Source of the DNA: Paragordius varius
Lineage: Eukaryota; Animalia; Nematomorpha
Assembly: GCA_964247055.1 (NCBI GenBank)
Contig: OZ176054.1
Span: 372,001-436,000 of the forward strand
Reading direction: 5' to 3'
DNA: 64,000 nucleotides
Shown here: positions 14,013 through 24,500 of the stretch, one piece after another
Layout of the letters: every line of letters starts with the position of its first letter
Numbering within the stretch: the stretch's first letter is position 1
Translations under genes and position numbers: made by a program
The notes under the pieces: model-generated
Seen by the model: only the letters and a program-made list of their open reading frames with translations
Databases searched by the model: none
Told to the model about the DNA's origin: nothing

Positions 14013-14302
14013 TGTTATGCAAATCTGGATATACTTTATTTTTATATCATAATTTTCTGTTACATGCAAATGTGAAATACATACCTTGGAAATATATCAT
14101 AACTTTCACCCTTATTTGAATTATATTATTTTCTATATTTTTTGTGTAATATGTAAATAATATAACCTTTGTTACTTCAAATTTTATTGATATAATGCAA
14201 ATTATGTACAACTAAATTTACTATATAAACCCTAAAAAAACCAAATAATAAATTCAGTTCATTTCACATTTCTTTTATTATCTCTTATCTTAAAAGATAA
14301 CA
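14013..14302 (+). repeat. 5' LTR (290 bp)
   Basis: Starts TGTTATGCAAATC and ends AGATAACA. Identical to 15214-15475 over 14013-14274 (offset 1201). Confidence 0.96.
14222..14259 (+). promoter_or_regulatory. 5' LTR core promoter: TATA (14222-14229), AATAAA (14247-14252), arthropod-type initiator TCAGTT (14254-14259)
   Basis: TATAAA starts 32 nt upstream of the Inr A (14256). AATAAA just upstream of the Inr implies a very short R and U5 of about 14275-14302. The motifs are seen directly; function is inferred. Confidence 0.7.
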
Positions 14303-14304
14303 AC

Positions 14305-14312
14305 TGGTGGCA
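14305..14312 (+). promoter_or_regulatory. Primer-binding site, short or degenerate (TGGTGGCA), compatible with tRNA-Leu 3' end
   Basis: TGG lies 2 nt after the 5' LTR. TGGTGGCA complements ...UGCCA-CCA, which as I recall it is the 3' end of eukaryotic tRNA-Leu(AAG/TAG). The match appears to stop after 8 nt (AATTCG follows). tRNA identity was not checked against the host. Confidence 0.7.
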
Positions 14313-14412
14313 ATTCGAGTACCGAACTAATCTAACAACTAATCCTACATAACAGTGGAACTCCCACCGAGTTCCAAACTCGGATGGTGGAAGAGTCCAA
14401 AATGCAACAACC

Positions 14413-14628
14413 ATGATAATGTCAATTGCCAATATCACCAACATGTCAATGAAAAAATATAATGATAATACCAATTATAACAATGGTAATAATTTTTCGA
14501 TCACAACAATCAAAACCTCTGACACATTTTCGCAAGGGTTATGGGAGCGTTCATGGGCCAAGCAAATGTCCCGCCTGGAACCGCAATTGCAAATGCGGAA
14601 AACCCAACCACTTCGCTAATGTAGATCA
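14413..14628 (+). pseudogene. gag: Gag C-terminal relic: Asn-rich linker plus decayed double zinc knuckle
   Basis: The frame of ORF 14462 gives RKGYGSVHGPSKCPAWNRNC-KCGKPNHFANV, then RS in a shifted frame. This matches the Mag-type CxxCGxxHxxxxCPAxxxxCxxCGKxNHFAxVCRS. The first two Cys read CGC/TAT, one codon is missing in the second CxxC, and the last Cys is lost by an apparent 4-nt deletion. Confidence 0.8.
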
Positions 14629-14644
14629 AACTGCCAAAAAAAAA

Positions 14645-14943
14645 TGTTCAACCGCCATTGCACTGAAAGCGAACGGGCTAATAATCTATAGCAACTTTGA
14701 AATCATTATCAACAAATGGCTGGGGAGGACTCCCACATCATTCATCAATTGATGGATGGGTAAGTATTGGCGCGGACAAACTTGTAATAATATTGATCGG
14801 TAAGACGCCTACCTCCCCAGGCCGAGTTAAAGCTACACCTCGACGATTTCAACAATAAGAGTATGTGTCAGTTACAAAAGGACACTGTTTAGATTCGTTA
14901 CAGCGCCCATAGTATATCAGTGCGCCTGGACCAGTTTCAAAGG
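14645..14943 (+). pseudogene. pol: Reverse transcriptase N-terminal relic, multiply frameshifted
   Basis: Ordered fragments across frames: CSTAIALKANG-LIIYSNFEIIINKWL (cf. WATPIVPVxKxxG-IRICGDYKxTINxxL), ID-R*-DAYL at 14792-14815 then Q-AEL (cf. IDLKDAYLQxEL), TISTIR at 14843-14860 and YKR at 14873-14881 (cf. TINTHRGLFQYNR), SAPG at 14919-14930, FQR at 14935-14943. Ends before YxDD. Confidence 0.75.
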
Positions 14944-14960
14944 AATGGTCTAGGGTGGCA

Positions 14961-15202
14961 GGCAGAGATCAAAGGAAACACGTCGACACACATAACATAG
15001 GATGTTATCTTTCAAAATTCGTCGACACACACACGATACCGGTCACTTAAATAATAGTAATGACAATGATAAAATAAATGATAATAATAATAATGAAAGT
15101 AGTAATGATAACATTAATAGCAATAATGACAATATCAATGTAAATCCGCACGAGCGTCGTTACCCCGAGAGAATTCGGCGGAAGCCGGTCGGGTTCTCTT
15201 AA
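14961..15202 (+). pseudogene. pol: Integrase C-terminal tail relic
   Basis: GRDQRKHVD (cf. GxxxRRHVDQ), an Asn/Asp low-complexity linker, then RRYPERIRRKPVGFS* abutting the PPT. This is the typical R-x-P/S-x-R-x-R-x-x-P tail of gypsy Pol. Confidence 0.7.
15050..15145 (+). repeat. Degenerate (AAT/GAT/AAC)n low-complexity tract
   Basis: AATAATAGTAATGACAATGAT...AATAATAATAATGAAAGTAGTAATGATAAC, encoding an N/D/S-rich peptide. Confidence 0.8.
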
Positions 15203-15210
15203 GGGGGAAG
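15201..15210 (+). promoter_or_regulatory. Polypurine tract AAGGGGGAAG
   Basis: 10 consecutive purines, 3 nt upstream of the 3' LTR and overlapping the stop of the IN-tail frame. Confidence 0.9.
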
Positions 15211-15213
15211 TGA

Positions 15214-15506
15214 TGTTATGCAAATCTGGATATACTTTATTTTTATATCATAATTTTCTGTTACATGCAAATGTGAAATACATACCTTGGAAATATATCA
15301 TAACTTTCACCCTTATTTGAATTATATTATTTTCTATATTTTTTGTGTAATATGTAAATAATATAACCTTTGTTACTTCAAATTTTATTGATATAATGCA
15401 AATTATGTACAACTAAATTTACTATATAAACCCTAAAAAAACCAAATAATAAATTCAGTTCATTTCACATTTCTTATATTATCTTCTCATCCTTTAAAAG
15501 TTAACA
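15214..15506 (+). repeat. 3' LTR (293 bp)
   Basis: Starts TGTTATGCAAATC directly after the purine tract, ends AGTTAACA and is followed by the TSD. Confidence 0.96.
15423..15460 (+). promoter_or_regulatory. 3' LTR copy of TATA (15423-15430), poly(A) signal AATAAA (15448-15453) and Inr (15455-15460)
   Basis: Identical to the 5' LTR copy. Confidence 0.7.
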
Positions 15507-15510
15507 GAGT
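15507..15510 (+). other. Right copy of 4-bp target-site duplication GAGT
   Basis: Follows the terminal CA at 15505-15506. Confidence 0.95.
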
Positions 15511-18500
15511 ATAAATGTAATTTTTATGAATTTTTTAAATATTTAAAAAATTTATTTTATACGATTTTAAAAATAAAAATGGCTACCTAAAATCCAAATT
15601 TGATCAGGTGATGTCACTATAATTTTTTTGGGTAGCCCTATGGTAGTTCCATCATCACCCCAAATATTTTCGAGATCGGAGTATAAATGTAATTTTTATG
15701 AATTTTTTAAATATTTAAAAAATTTATTTTATACGATTTTAAAAATAAAAATGGCTACCTAAAATCCAAATTTGATCAGGTGATGTCACCATATTTGTTT
15801 TGGGTAGCCCTATGGTAGTTCCATCATCACCCCAAATATTTTGGGGATCGGACTATAAATGTAATTTTTATGAATTTTTTAAATATTTAAAAAATTTATT
15901 TTATACGATTTTAAAAATAAAAATGGCTACCTAAAATCCAAATTTGATCAGGTGATGTCACCATATTTGTTTTGGGTAGCCCTATGGTAGTTCCATCATC
16001 ACCCCAAATATTTTGGGGATCGGACTATAAATGTAATTTTTATGAATTTTTTAAATATTTAAAAAATTTATTTTATACGATTTTAAAAATAAAAATGGCT
16101 ACCTAAAATCCAAATTTGATCAGGTGATGTCACCATAATTTTTTTTGGGTAGCCCTATGGTAGTTCCATCATCACCCCAAATATTTTGGGGATCGGACTA
16201 TAAATGTAATTTTTATGAATTTTTTAAATATTTAAAAAATTTATTTTATACGATTTTAAAAATAAAAATGGCTACCTAAAATCCAAATTTGATCAGGTGA
16301 TGTCACCATATTTGTTTTGGGTAGCCCTATGGTAGTTCCATCATCACCCCAAATATTTTGGGGATCGGACTATAAATGTAATTTTTATGAATTTTTTAAA
16401 TATTTAAAAAATTTATTTTATACGATTTTAAAAATAAAAATGGCTACCTAAAATCCAAATTTGATCAGGTGATGTCACCATAATTTTTTTTGGGTAGCCC
16501 TATGGTAGTTCCATCATCACCCCAAATATTTTGGGGATCGGACTATAAATGTAATTTTTATGAATTTTTTAAATATTTAAAAAATTTATTTTATACGATT
16601 TTAAAAATAAAAATGGCTACCTAAAATCCAAATTTGATCAGGTGATGTCACCATAATTTTTTTGGGTAGCCCTATGGTAGTTCCATCATCACCCCAAATA
16701 TTTTCGAGATCGGAGTATAAATGTAATTTTTATGAATTTTTTAAATATTTAAAAAATTTATTTTATACGATTTTAAAAATAAAAATGGCTACCTAAAATC
16801 CAAATTTGATCAGGTGATGTCACTATAATTTTTTTGGGTAGCCCTATGGTAGTTCCATCATCACCCCAAATATTTTCGAGATCGGAGTATAAATGTAATT
16901 TTTATGAATTTTTTAAATATTTAAAAAATTTATTTTATACGATTTTAAAAATAAAAATGGCTACCTAAAATCCAAATTTGATCAGGTGATGTCACCATAA
17001 TTTTTTTTGGGTAGCCCTATGGTAGTTCCATCATCACCCCAAATATTGTCGAGATCGGAGTATAAATGAAATTTTTTTGAATTTTTTAAATATTTAAAAA
17101 ATTTATTTTATACGATTTTAAAAAAAAAAATGGCTACCTAAAATCCAAATTTGATCAGGTGGTGTCGCCATAATTTTTTTTGGGTAGCCCTATGGTAGTT
17201 CCATCATCACCCTATATATTTTCGAGATCGGAGTATAAATGTAATTTTAATGAAGTTTTTAAATATTTAAAAAATTTATTTTATACGATTTTAAAAATAA
17301 AATGGCTACCTAAAATCCAAATTTGATCAGGTGATGTCACCATAATTTTTTTTGGGTAGCCCTATGGTAGTTCCATCATCACCCCAAATATTGTCGAGAT
17401 CGGAGTATAAATGAAATTTTTTTGAATTTTTTAAATATTTAAAAAATTTATTTTATACGATTTTAAAAATAAAAATGGCTACCTAAAATCCAAATTTGAT
17501 CAGGTGATGTCGCCATAATTTTTTTTGGGTAGCCCTATGGTAGTTCCATCATCACCCTATATATTTTCGAGATCGGAGTATAAATGTAATTTTAATGAAG
17601 TTTTTAAATATTTAAAAAATTTATTTTATACGATTTTAAAAATAAAAATGGCTACCTAAAATCCAAATTTGATCAGGTGATGTCACCATAATTTTTTTTG
17701 GGTAGCCCTATGGTAGTTCCATCATCACCCCAAATATTTTCGAGATCGGAATATAAATGTAATTTTTATGAATTTTTTAAATATTTAAAAAATTTATTTT
17801 ATACGATTTTAAAAATAAAAATGGCTACCTAAAATCCAAATTTGATCAGGTGATGTCACCATAATTTTTTTTGGGTAGCCCTATGGTAGTTCCATCATCA
17901 CCCCAAATATTGTCGAGATCGGAGTATAAATGTAATTTTTATGAATTTTTTAAATATTTAAAAAATTTATTTTATACGATTTTAAAAATAAAAATGGCTA
18001 CCTAAAATCCAAATTTGATCAGGTGATGTCACCATAATTTTTTTTGGGTAGCCCTATGGTAGTTCCATCATCACCCCAAATATTTTCGAGATCGGAGTAT
18101 AAATGTAATTTTTATGAATTTTTTAAATATTTAAAAAATTTATTTTATACGATTTTAAAAATAAAAATGGCTACCTAAAATCCAAATTTGATCAGATGAT
18201 GTCACTATAATTTTTTTGGGTAGCCCTATGGTAGTTCCATCATCACCCCAAATATTTTCGAGATCGGAGTATAAATGTAATTTTTATGAATTTTTTAAAT
18301 ATTTAAAAAATTTATTTTATACGATTTTAAAAATAAAAATGGCTACCTAAAATCCAAATTTGATCAGGTGATGTCGCCATAATTTTTTTTGGGTAGCCCT
18401 ATGGTAGTTCCATCATCACCCCGTATACTTTGGGGATCGGACTATAAATGTAATTTTTATGAATTTTTTAAATATTTAAAAAATTTATTTTATACGATTT

Positions 18501-21500
18501 TAAAAATAAAAATGGCTACCTAAAATCCAAATTTGATCAGGTGATGTCACCATAATTTTTTTTGGGTAGCCCTATGGTAGTTCCATCATCACCCCAAATA
18601 TTGTCGAGATGGGAGTATAAATGTAATTTTTATGAATTTTTTAAATATTTAAAAAATTTATTTTATACGATTTTAAAAATAAAAATGGCTACCAATAATC
18701 CAAATTTGATCAGATGATGTCACTATAATTTTTTTGGGTAGCCCTATGGTAGTTCCATCATCACCCCAAATATTTTCGAGATCGGAGTATAAATGTAATT
18801 TTTATGAATTTTTTAAATATTTAAAAAATTTATTTTATACGATTTTAAAAATAAAAATGGCTACCTAAAATCCAAATTTGATCAGGTGATGTCGCCATAA
18901 TTTTTTTTGGGTAGCCCTATGGTAGTTCCATCATCACCCTGTATACTTTGGGGATCGGACTATAAATGTAATTTTTATGAATTTTTTAAATATTTAAAAA
19001 ATTTATTTTATACGATTTTAAAAATAAAAATGGCTACCTAAAATCCAAATTTGATCAGGTGATGTCACCATAATTTTTTTTGGGTAGCCCTATGGTAGTT
19101 CCATCATCACCCCAAATATTTTCGAGATCGGAGTATAAATGTAATTTTTATGAATTTTTTAAATATTTAAAAAATTTATTTTATACGATTTTAAAAATAA
19201 AAATGGCTACCTAAAATCCAAATTTGATCAGGTGATGTCACCATAATTTTTTTTGGGTAGCCCTATGTTAGTTCCATCATCACCCCAAATATTTTCGAGA
19301 TCGGAGTATAAATGTAATTTTTATGAATTTTTTAAATATTTAAAAAATTTATTTTATACGATTTTAAAAATAAAAATGGCTACCTAAAATCCAAATTTGA
19401 TCAGGTGATGTCACCATAATTTTTTTTGGGTAGCCCTATGTTAGTTCCATCATCACCCCAAATATTTTCGAGATCGGAGTATAAATGTAATTTTTATGAA
19501 TTTTTTAAATATTTAAAAAAATTTTATACGATTTTAAAAATAAAAATGGCTACCTAAAATCCAAATTTGATCAGGTGATGTCACTATAATTATTTTGGGT
19601 AGCCCTATGGTAGTTCCATCATCACCCCAAATATTTTCGAGATCGGAGTATAAATGTAATTTTTATGAATTTTTTAAATATTTAAAAAATTTATTTTATA
19701 CGATTTTAAAAATAAAAATGGCTACCTAAAATCCAAATTTGATCAGGTGATGTCACCATAATTTTTTTTGGGTAGCCCTATAGTAGTTCCATCATCACCC
19801 CAAATATTTTCGAGATCGGAGTATAAATGTAATTTTTATGAATTTTTTAAATATTTAAAAAATTTATTTTATACGATTTTAAAAATAAAAATGGCTACCT
19901 AAAATCCAAATTTGATCAGGTGATGTCACTATAATTTTTTTGGGTAGCCCTATGGTAGTTCCATCATCACCCCAAATATTTTCGAGATCGGAGTATAAAT
20001 GTAATTTTTATGAATTTTTTAAATATTTAAAAAATTTATTTTATACGATTTTAAAAATAAAAATGGCTACCTAAAATCCAAATTTGATCAGGTGATGTCA
20101 CCATAATTTATTTGGGTAGCCCTATAGTAGTTCCATCATCACCCCAAATATTTTTGAGATCGGACTTTAAATGTAATTTTTTAGAATTTTTTAAATATTT
20201 AAAAAATTTATTTTATACGATTTTAAAAATAAAAATGGCTACCTAAAATCCAAATTTGATCAGGTGATGTCACCATAATTTATTTGGGTAGCCCTATAGT
20301 AGTTCCATCATCACCCCAAATATTTTTGAGATCGGACTTTAAATGTAATTTTTTAGAATTTTTTAAATATTTAAAAAATTTATTTTATACGATTTTAAAA
20401 ATAAAAATGGCTACCTAAAATCCAAATCTGATCAGGTGATGTCGCCATAATTTTTTTTGGGTAGCCCTATAGTAGTTCCATCATCACCCCAAATATTTTT
20501 GAGATCGGAGTATAAATGTAATTTTTATGAATTTTTTAAATATTTAAAAAATTTATTTTATACGATTTTAAAAATAAAAATGGCTACCTAAAATCCAAAT
20601 TTGATCAGGTGATGTCACCATAATTTATTTGGGTAGCCCTATAGTAGTTCCATCATCACCCCAAATATTTTTGAGATCGGACTTTAAATGTAATTTTTTA
20701 GAATTTTTTAAATATTTAAAAAATTTATTTTATACGATTTTAAAAATAAAAATGGCTACCTAAAATCCAAATTTGATCAGGTGATGTCACCATAATTTAT
20801 TTGGGTAGCCCTATAGTAGTTCCATCATCACCCCAAATATTTTTGAGATCGGACTTTAAATGTAATTTTTTAGAATTTTTTAAATATTTAAAAAATTTAT
20901 TTTATACGATTTTAAAAATAAAAATGGCTACCTAAAATCCAAATCTGATCAGGTGATGTCGCCATAATTTTTTTTGGGTAGCCCTATAGTAGTTCCATCA
21001 TCACCCCAAATATTTTTGAGATCGGAGTATAAATGTAATTTTTATGAATTTTTTAAATATTTAAAAAATTTATTTTATACGATTTTAAAAATAAAAATGG
21101 CTACCTAAAATCCAAATTTGATCAGGTGATGTCACCATAATTTATTTGGGTAGCCCTATAGTATTTCCATCATCACCCCAAATATTTTTGAGATCGGAGT
21201 ATAAATGTAATTTTTATGAATTTTTTAAATATTTAAAAAATTTATTTTATACGATTTTAAAAATAAAAATGGCTACCTAAAATCTAAATTTGATCAGGTG
21301 ATGTCGCCATAATTTTTTTTGGGTAGCCCTATGGTAGTTCCATCATCACCCCAAATATTGTCGAGATCGGAGTATAAATGTAATTTTTATGAATTTTTTA
21401 AATATTTAAAAAATTTATTTTATACGATTTTAAAAATAAAAATGGCTACCTAAAATCCAAATTTGATCAGGTGATGTCACCATAATTTATTTGGGTAGCC

Positions 21501-24500
21501 CTATAGTAGTTCCATCATCACCCCAAATATTTTTGAGATCGGAGTATAAATGTAATTTTTATGAATTTTATAAATATTTAAAAAATTTATTTTATACGAT
21601 TTTAAAAATAAAAATGGCTACCTAAAATCCAAATTTGATCAGGTGATGTCACCATAATTTATTTGGGTAGCCCTATAGTAGTTCCATCATCACCCCAAAT
21701 ATTGTCGAGATCGGAGTATAAATGTAATTTTTTTGAATTTTTTAAATATTTAAAAAATTTATTTTATACGATTTTAAAAATAAAAATGGCTACCTAAAAT
21801 CCAAATTTGATCAGGTGATGTCGCCATAATTTTTTTTGGGTAACCCTATGGTGGTTCCATCATCACCCCAAATATTTTTGAGATCGGACTTTAAATGTAA
21901 TTTTTATGAATTTTTTAAATATTTAAAAAATTTATTTTATACGATTTTAAAAATAAAAATGGCTACCTAAAATCCAAATTTGATCAGGTGATGTCGCCAT
22001 ATTTTTTTTTGGGTAGCCCTATAGTAGTTCCATCATCACCCCAAATATTTTTGAGATCGGAGTATAAATGTAATTTTTATGAATTTTTTAAATATTTAAA
22101 AATTTATTTTATACGATTTTAAAAATAAAAATGGCTACCTAAAATCCAAATTTGATCAGGTGATGTCACCATAATTTATTTGGGTAGCCCTATAGTAGTT
22201 CCATCATCACCCCAAATATTTTTGAGATCGGAGTATAAATGTAATTTTTATGAATTTTTTAAATATTTAAAAAATTTATTTTATACGATTTTAAAAATAA
22301 AAATGGCTACCTAAAATCCAAATTTGATCAGGTGATGTCGCCATAATTTTTTTTGGGTAGCCCTATGGTAGTTCCATCATCACCCCAAATATTGTCGAGA
22401 TCGGAGTATAAGTAATTTTTTTGAATTTTTTAAATATTTAAAAAATTTATTTTATACGATTTTAAAAATAAAAATGGCTATTTAAAATCCAAATTTGATC
22501 AGGTGATGTCGCCATAATTTTTTTTGGGTAACCCTATGGTGGTTCCATCATCACCCCAAATATTTTTGAGATCGGAGTATAAATGTAATTTTTATGAATT
22601 TTTTAAATATTTAAAAAATTTATTTTATACGATTTTAAAAATAAAAATGGCTACCTAAAATCCAAATTTGATCAGGTGATGTCACCATAATTTATTTGGG
22701 TAGCCCTATAGTAGTTCCATCATCACCCCAAATATTTTTGAGATCGGAGTATAAATGTAATTTTTATGAATTTTTTAAATATTTAAAAAATTTATTTTAT
22801 ACGATTTTAAAAATAAAAATGGCTACCTAAAATCCAAATTTGATCAGGTGATGTCACCATAATTTATTTGGGTAGCCCTATAGTAGTTCCATCATCACCC
22901 CAAATATTGTCGAGATCGGAGTATAAATGTATTTTTTTTGAATTTTTTAAATATTTAAAAAATTTATTTTATACGATTTTAAAAATAAAAATGGCTACCT
23001 AAAATCCAAATTTGATCAGGTGATGTCGCCATAATTTTTTTTGGGTAACCCTATGGTGGTTCCATCATCACCCCAAATATTTTTGAGATCGGACTTTAAA
23101 TGTAATTTTTATGAATTTTTTAAATATTTAAAAAATTTATTTTATACGATTTTAAAAATAAAAATGGCTACCTAAAATCCAAATTTGATCAGGTGAATGT
23201 CGCCATAATTTTTTTTGGGTAGCCCTATAGTAGTTCCATCATCACCCCAAATATTTTTGAGATCGGAGTATAAATGTAATTTTTATGAATTTTTTAAATA
23301 TTTAAAAAATTTATTTTATACGATTTTAAAAATAAAAATGGCTACCTAAAATCCAAATTTGATCAGGTGATGTCACTATAATTTTTTTGGGTAGCCCTAT
23401 GGTAGTTCCATCATCACCCCAAATATTTTGGGGATCGGAATATAAATGTAATTTTTATGAATTTTTTAAATATTTAAAAAATTTATTATATACGATTTTA
23501 AAAATAAAAATGGCTACCTAAAATCCAAATTTGATCAGGTGAATGTCGCCATAATTTTTTTTGGGTAGCCCTATAGTAGTTCCATCATCACCCCAAATAT
23601 TTTTGAGATCGGAGTATAAATGTAATTTTTATGAATTTTTTAAATATTTAAAAAATTTATTTTATACGATTTTAAAAATAAAAATGGCTACCTAAAATCC
23701 AAATTTGATCAGGTGATGTCACCATAATTTATTTGGGTAGCCCTATAGTAGTTCCATCATCACCCCAAATATTGTCGAGATCGGAGTATAAATGTAATTT
23801 TTTTGAATTTTTTAAATATTTAAAAAATTTATTATATACGATTTTAAAAATAAAAATGGCTATTTAAAATCCAAATTTGATCAGGTGATGTCGCCATAAT
23901 TTTTTTTGGGTAACCCTATGGTGGTTCCATCATCACCCCAAATATTTTTGAGATCGGAGTATAAATGTAATTTTTATGAATTTTTTAAATATTTAAAAAA
24001 TTTATTTTATACGATTTTAAAAATAAAAATGGCTACCTAAAATCCAAATTTGATCAGGTGATGTCACCATAATTTATTTGGGTAGCCCTATAGTAGTTCC
24101 ATCATCACCCCAAATATTTTTGAGATCGGATAAATGTAATTTTTATGAATTTTTTAAATATTTAAAAAATTTATTTTATACGATTTTAAAAATAAAAATG
24201 GCTACCTAAAATCCAAATTTGATCAGGTGATGTCACCATAATTTTTTTGGGTAGCCCTATAGTAGTTCCATCATCACCCCAAATATTGTCGAGATCGGAG
24301 TATAAATGTAATTTTTTTGAATTTTTTAAATATTTAAAAAATTTATTTTATACGATTTTAAAAATAAAAATGGCTACCTAAAATCCAAATTTGATCAGGT
24401 GATGTCACCATAATTTATTTGGGTAGCCCTATAGTAGTTCCATCATCACCCCAAATATTTTTGAGATCGGATAAATGTAATTTTTATGAATTTTTTAAAT

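Larger units (their letters stand above)
14013..15506 (+). mobile_element. Non-autonomous, internally deleted and decayed Ty3/Gypsy (Mag-like) LTR retrotransposon, 1494 bp
   Basis: TG...CA termini (TGTTA...TAACA), two ~290-bp direct LTRs, 4-bp TSD GAGT, PBS after the 5' LTR and PPT before the 3' LTR. Relics of gag CCHC, RT and integrase C-terminus lie in gag-RT-IN (gypsy) order. Confidence 0.95.
11912..16678 (+). repeat. Local 7/5/7-monomer HOR spanning the retroelement insertion
   Basis: Units start at 11912, 13114, 13975 and 16679 (first monomer ends GTCACTATA-T7). Lengths are 1202, 861 and 1206 (+1498 insertion) bp. Confidence 0.75.

Noticed and set aside
14325-14344. AACTAATC direct repeat in the leader
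   Set aside because: 8 bp x2 in AT-rich sequence; too short to support any function.
14259-14474. Minus-strand 71-aa ORF
   Set aside because: Antisense to the LTR end, PBS and leader, with no recognisable motif; the hydrophobicity is simply the mirror of AAC/AAT-rich sense sequence.
14413-14752. ORFs 14413-14619 and 14462-14752 as functional genes
   Set aside because: They are overlapping frames of a frameshifted gag/RT relic with mutated zinc ligands; recorded as pseudogene relics.
14013-15506. DNA transposon/MITE, Copia, or errantivirus with env
   Set aside because: TGTTA/TAACA are just LTR termini of long direct repeats. RT precedes IN (not Copia), and there is no sequence between the IN stop and the PPT for an env.
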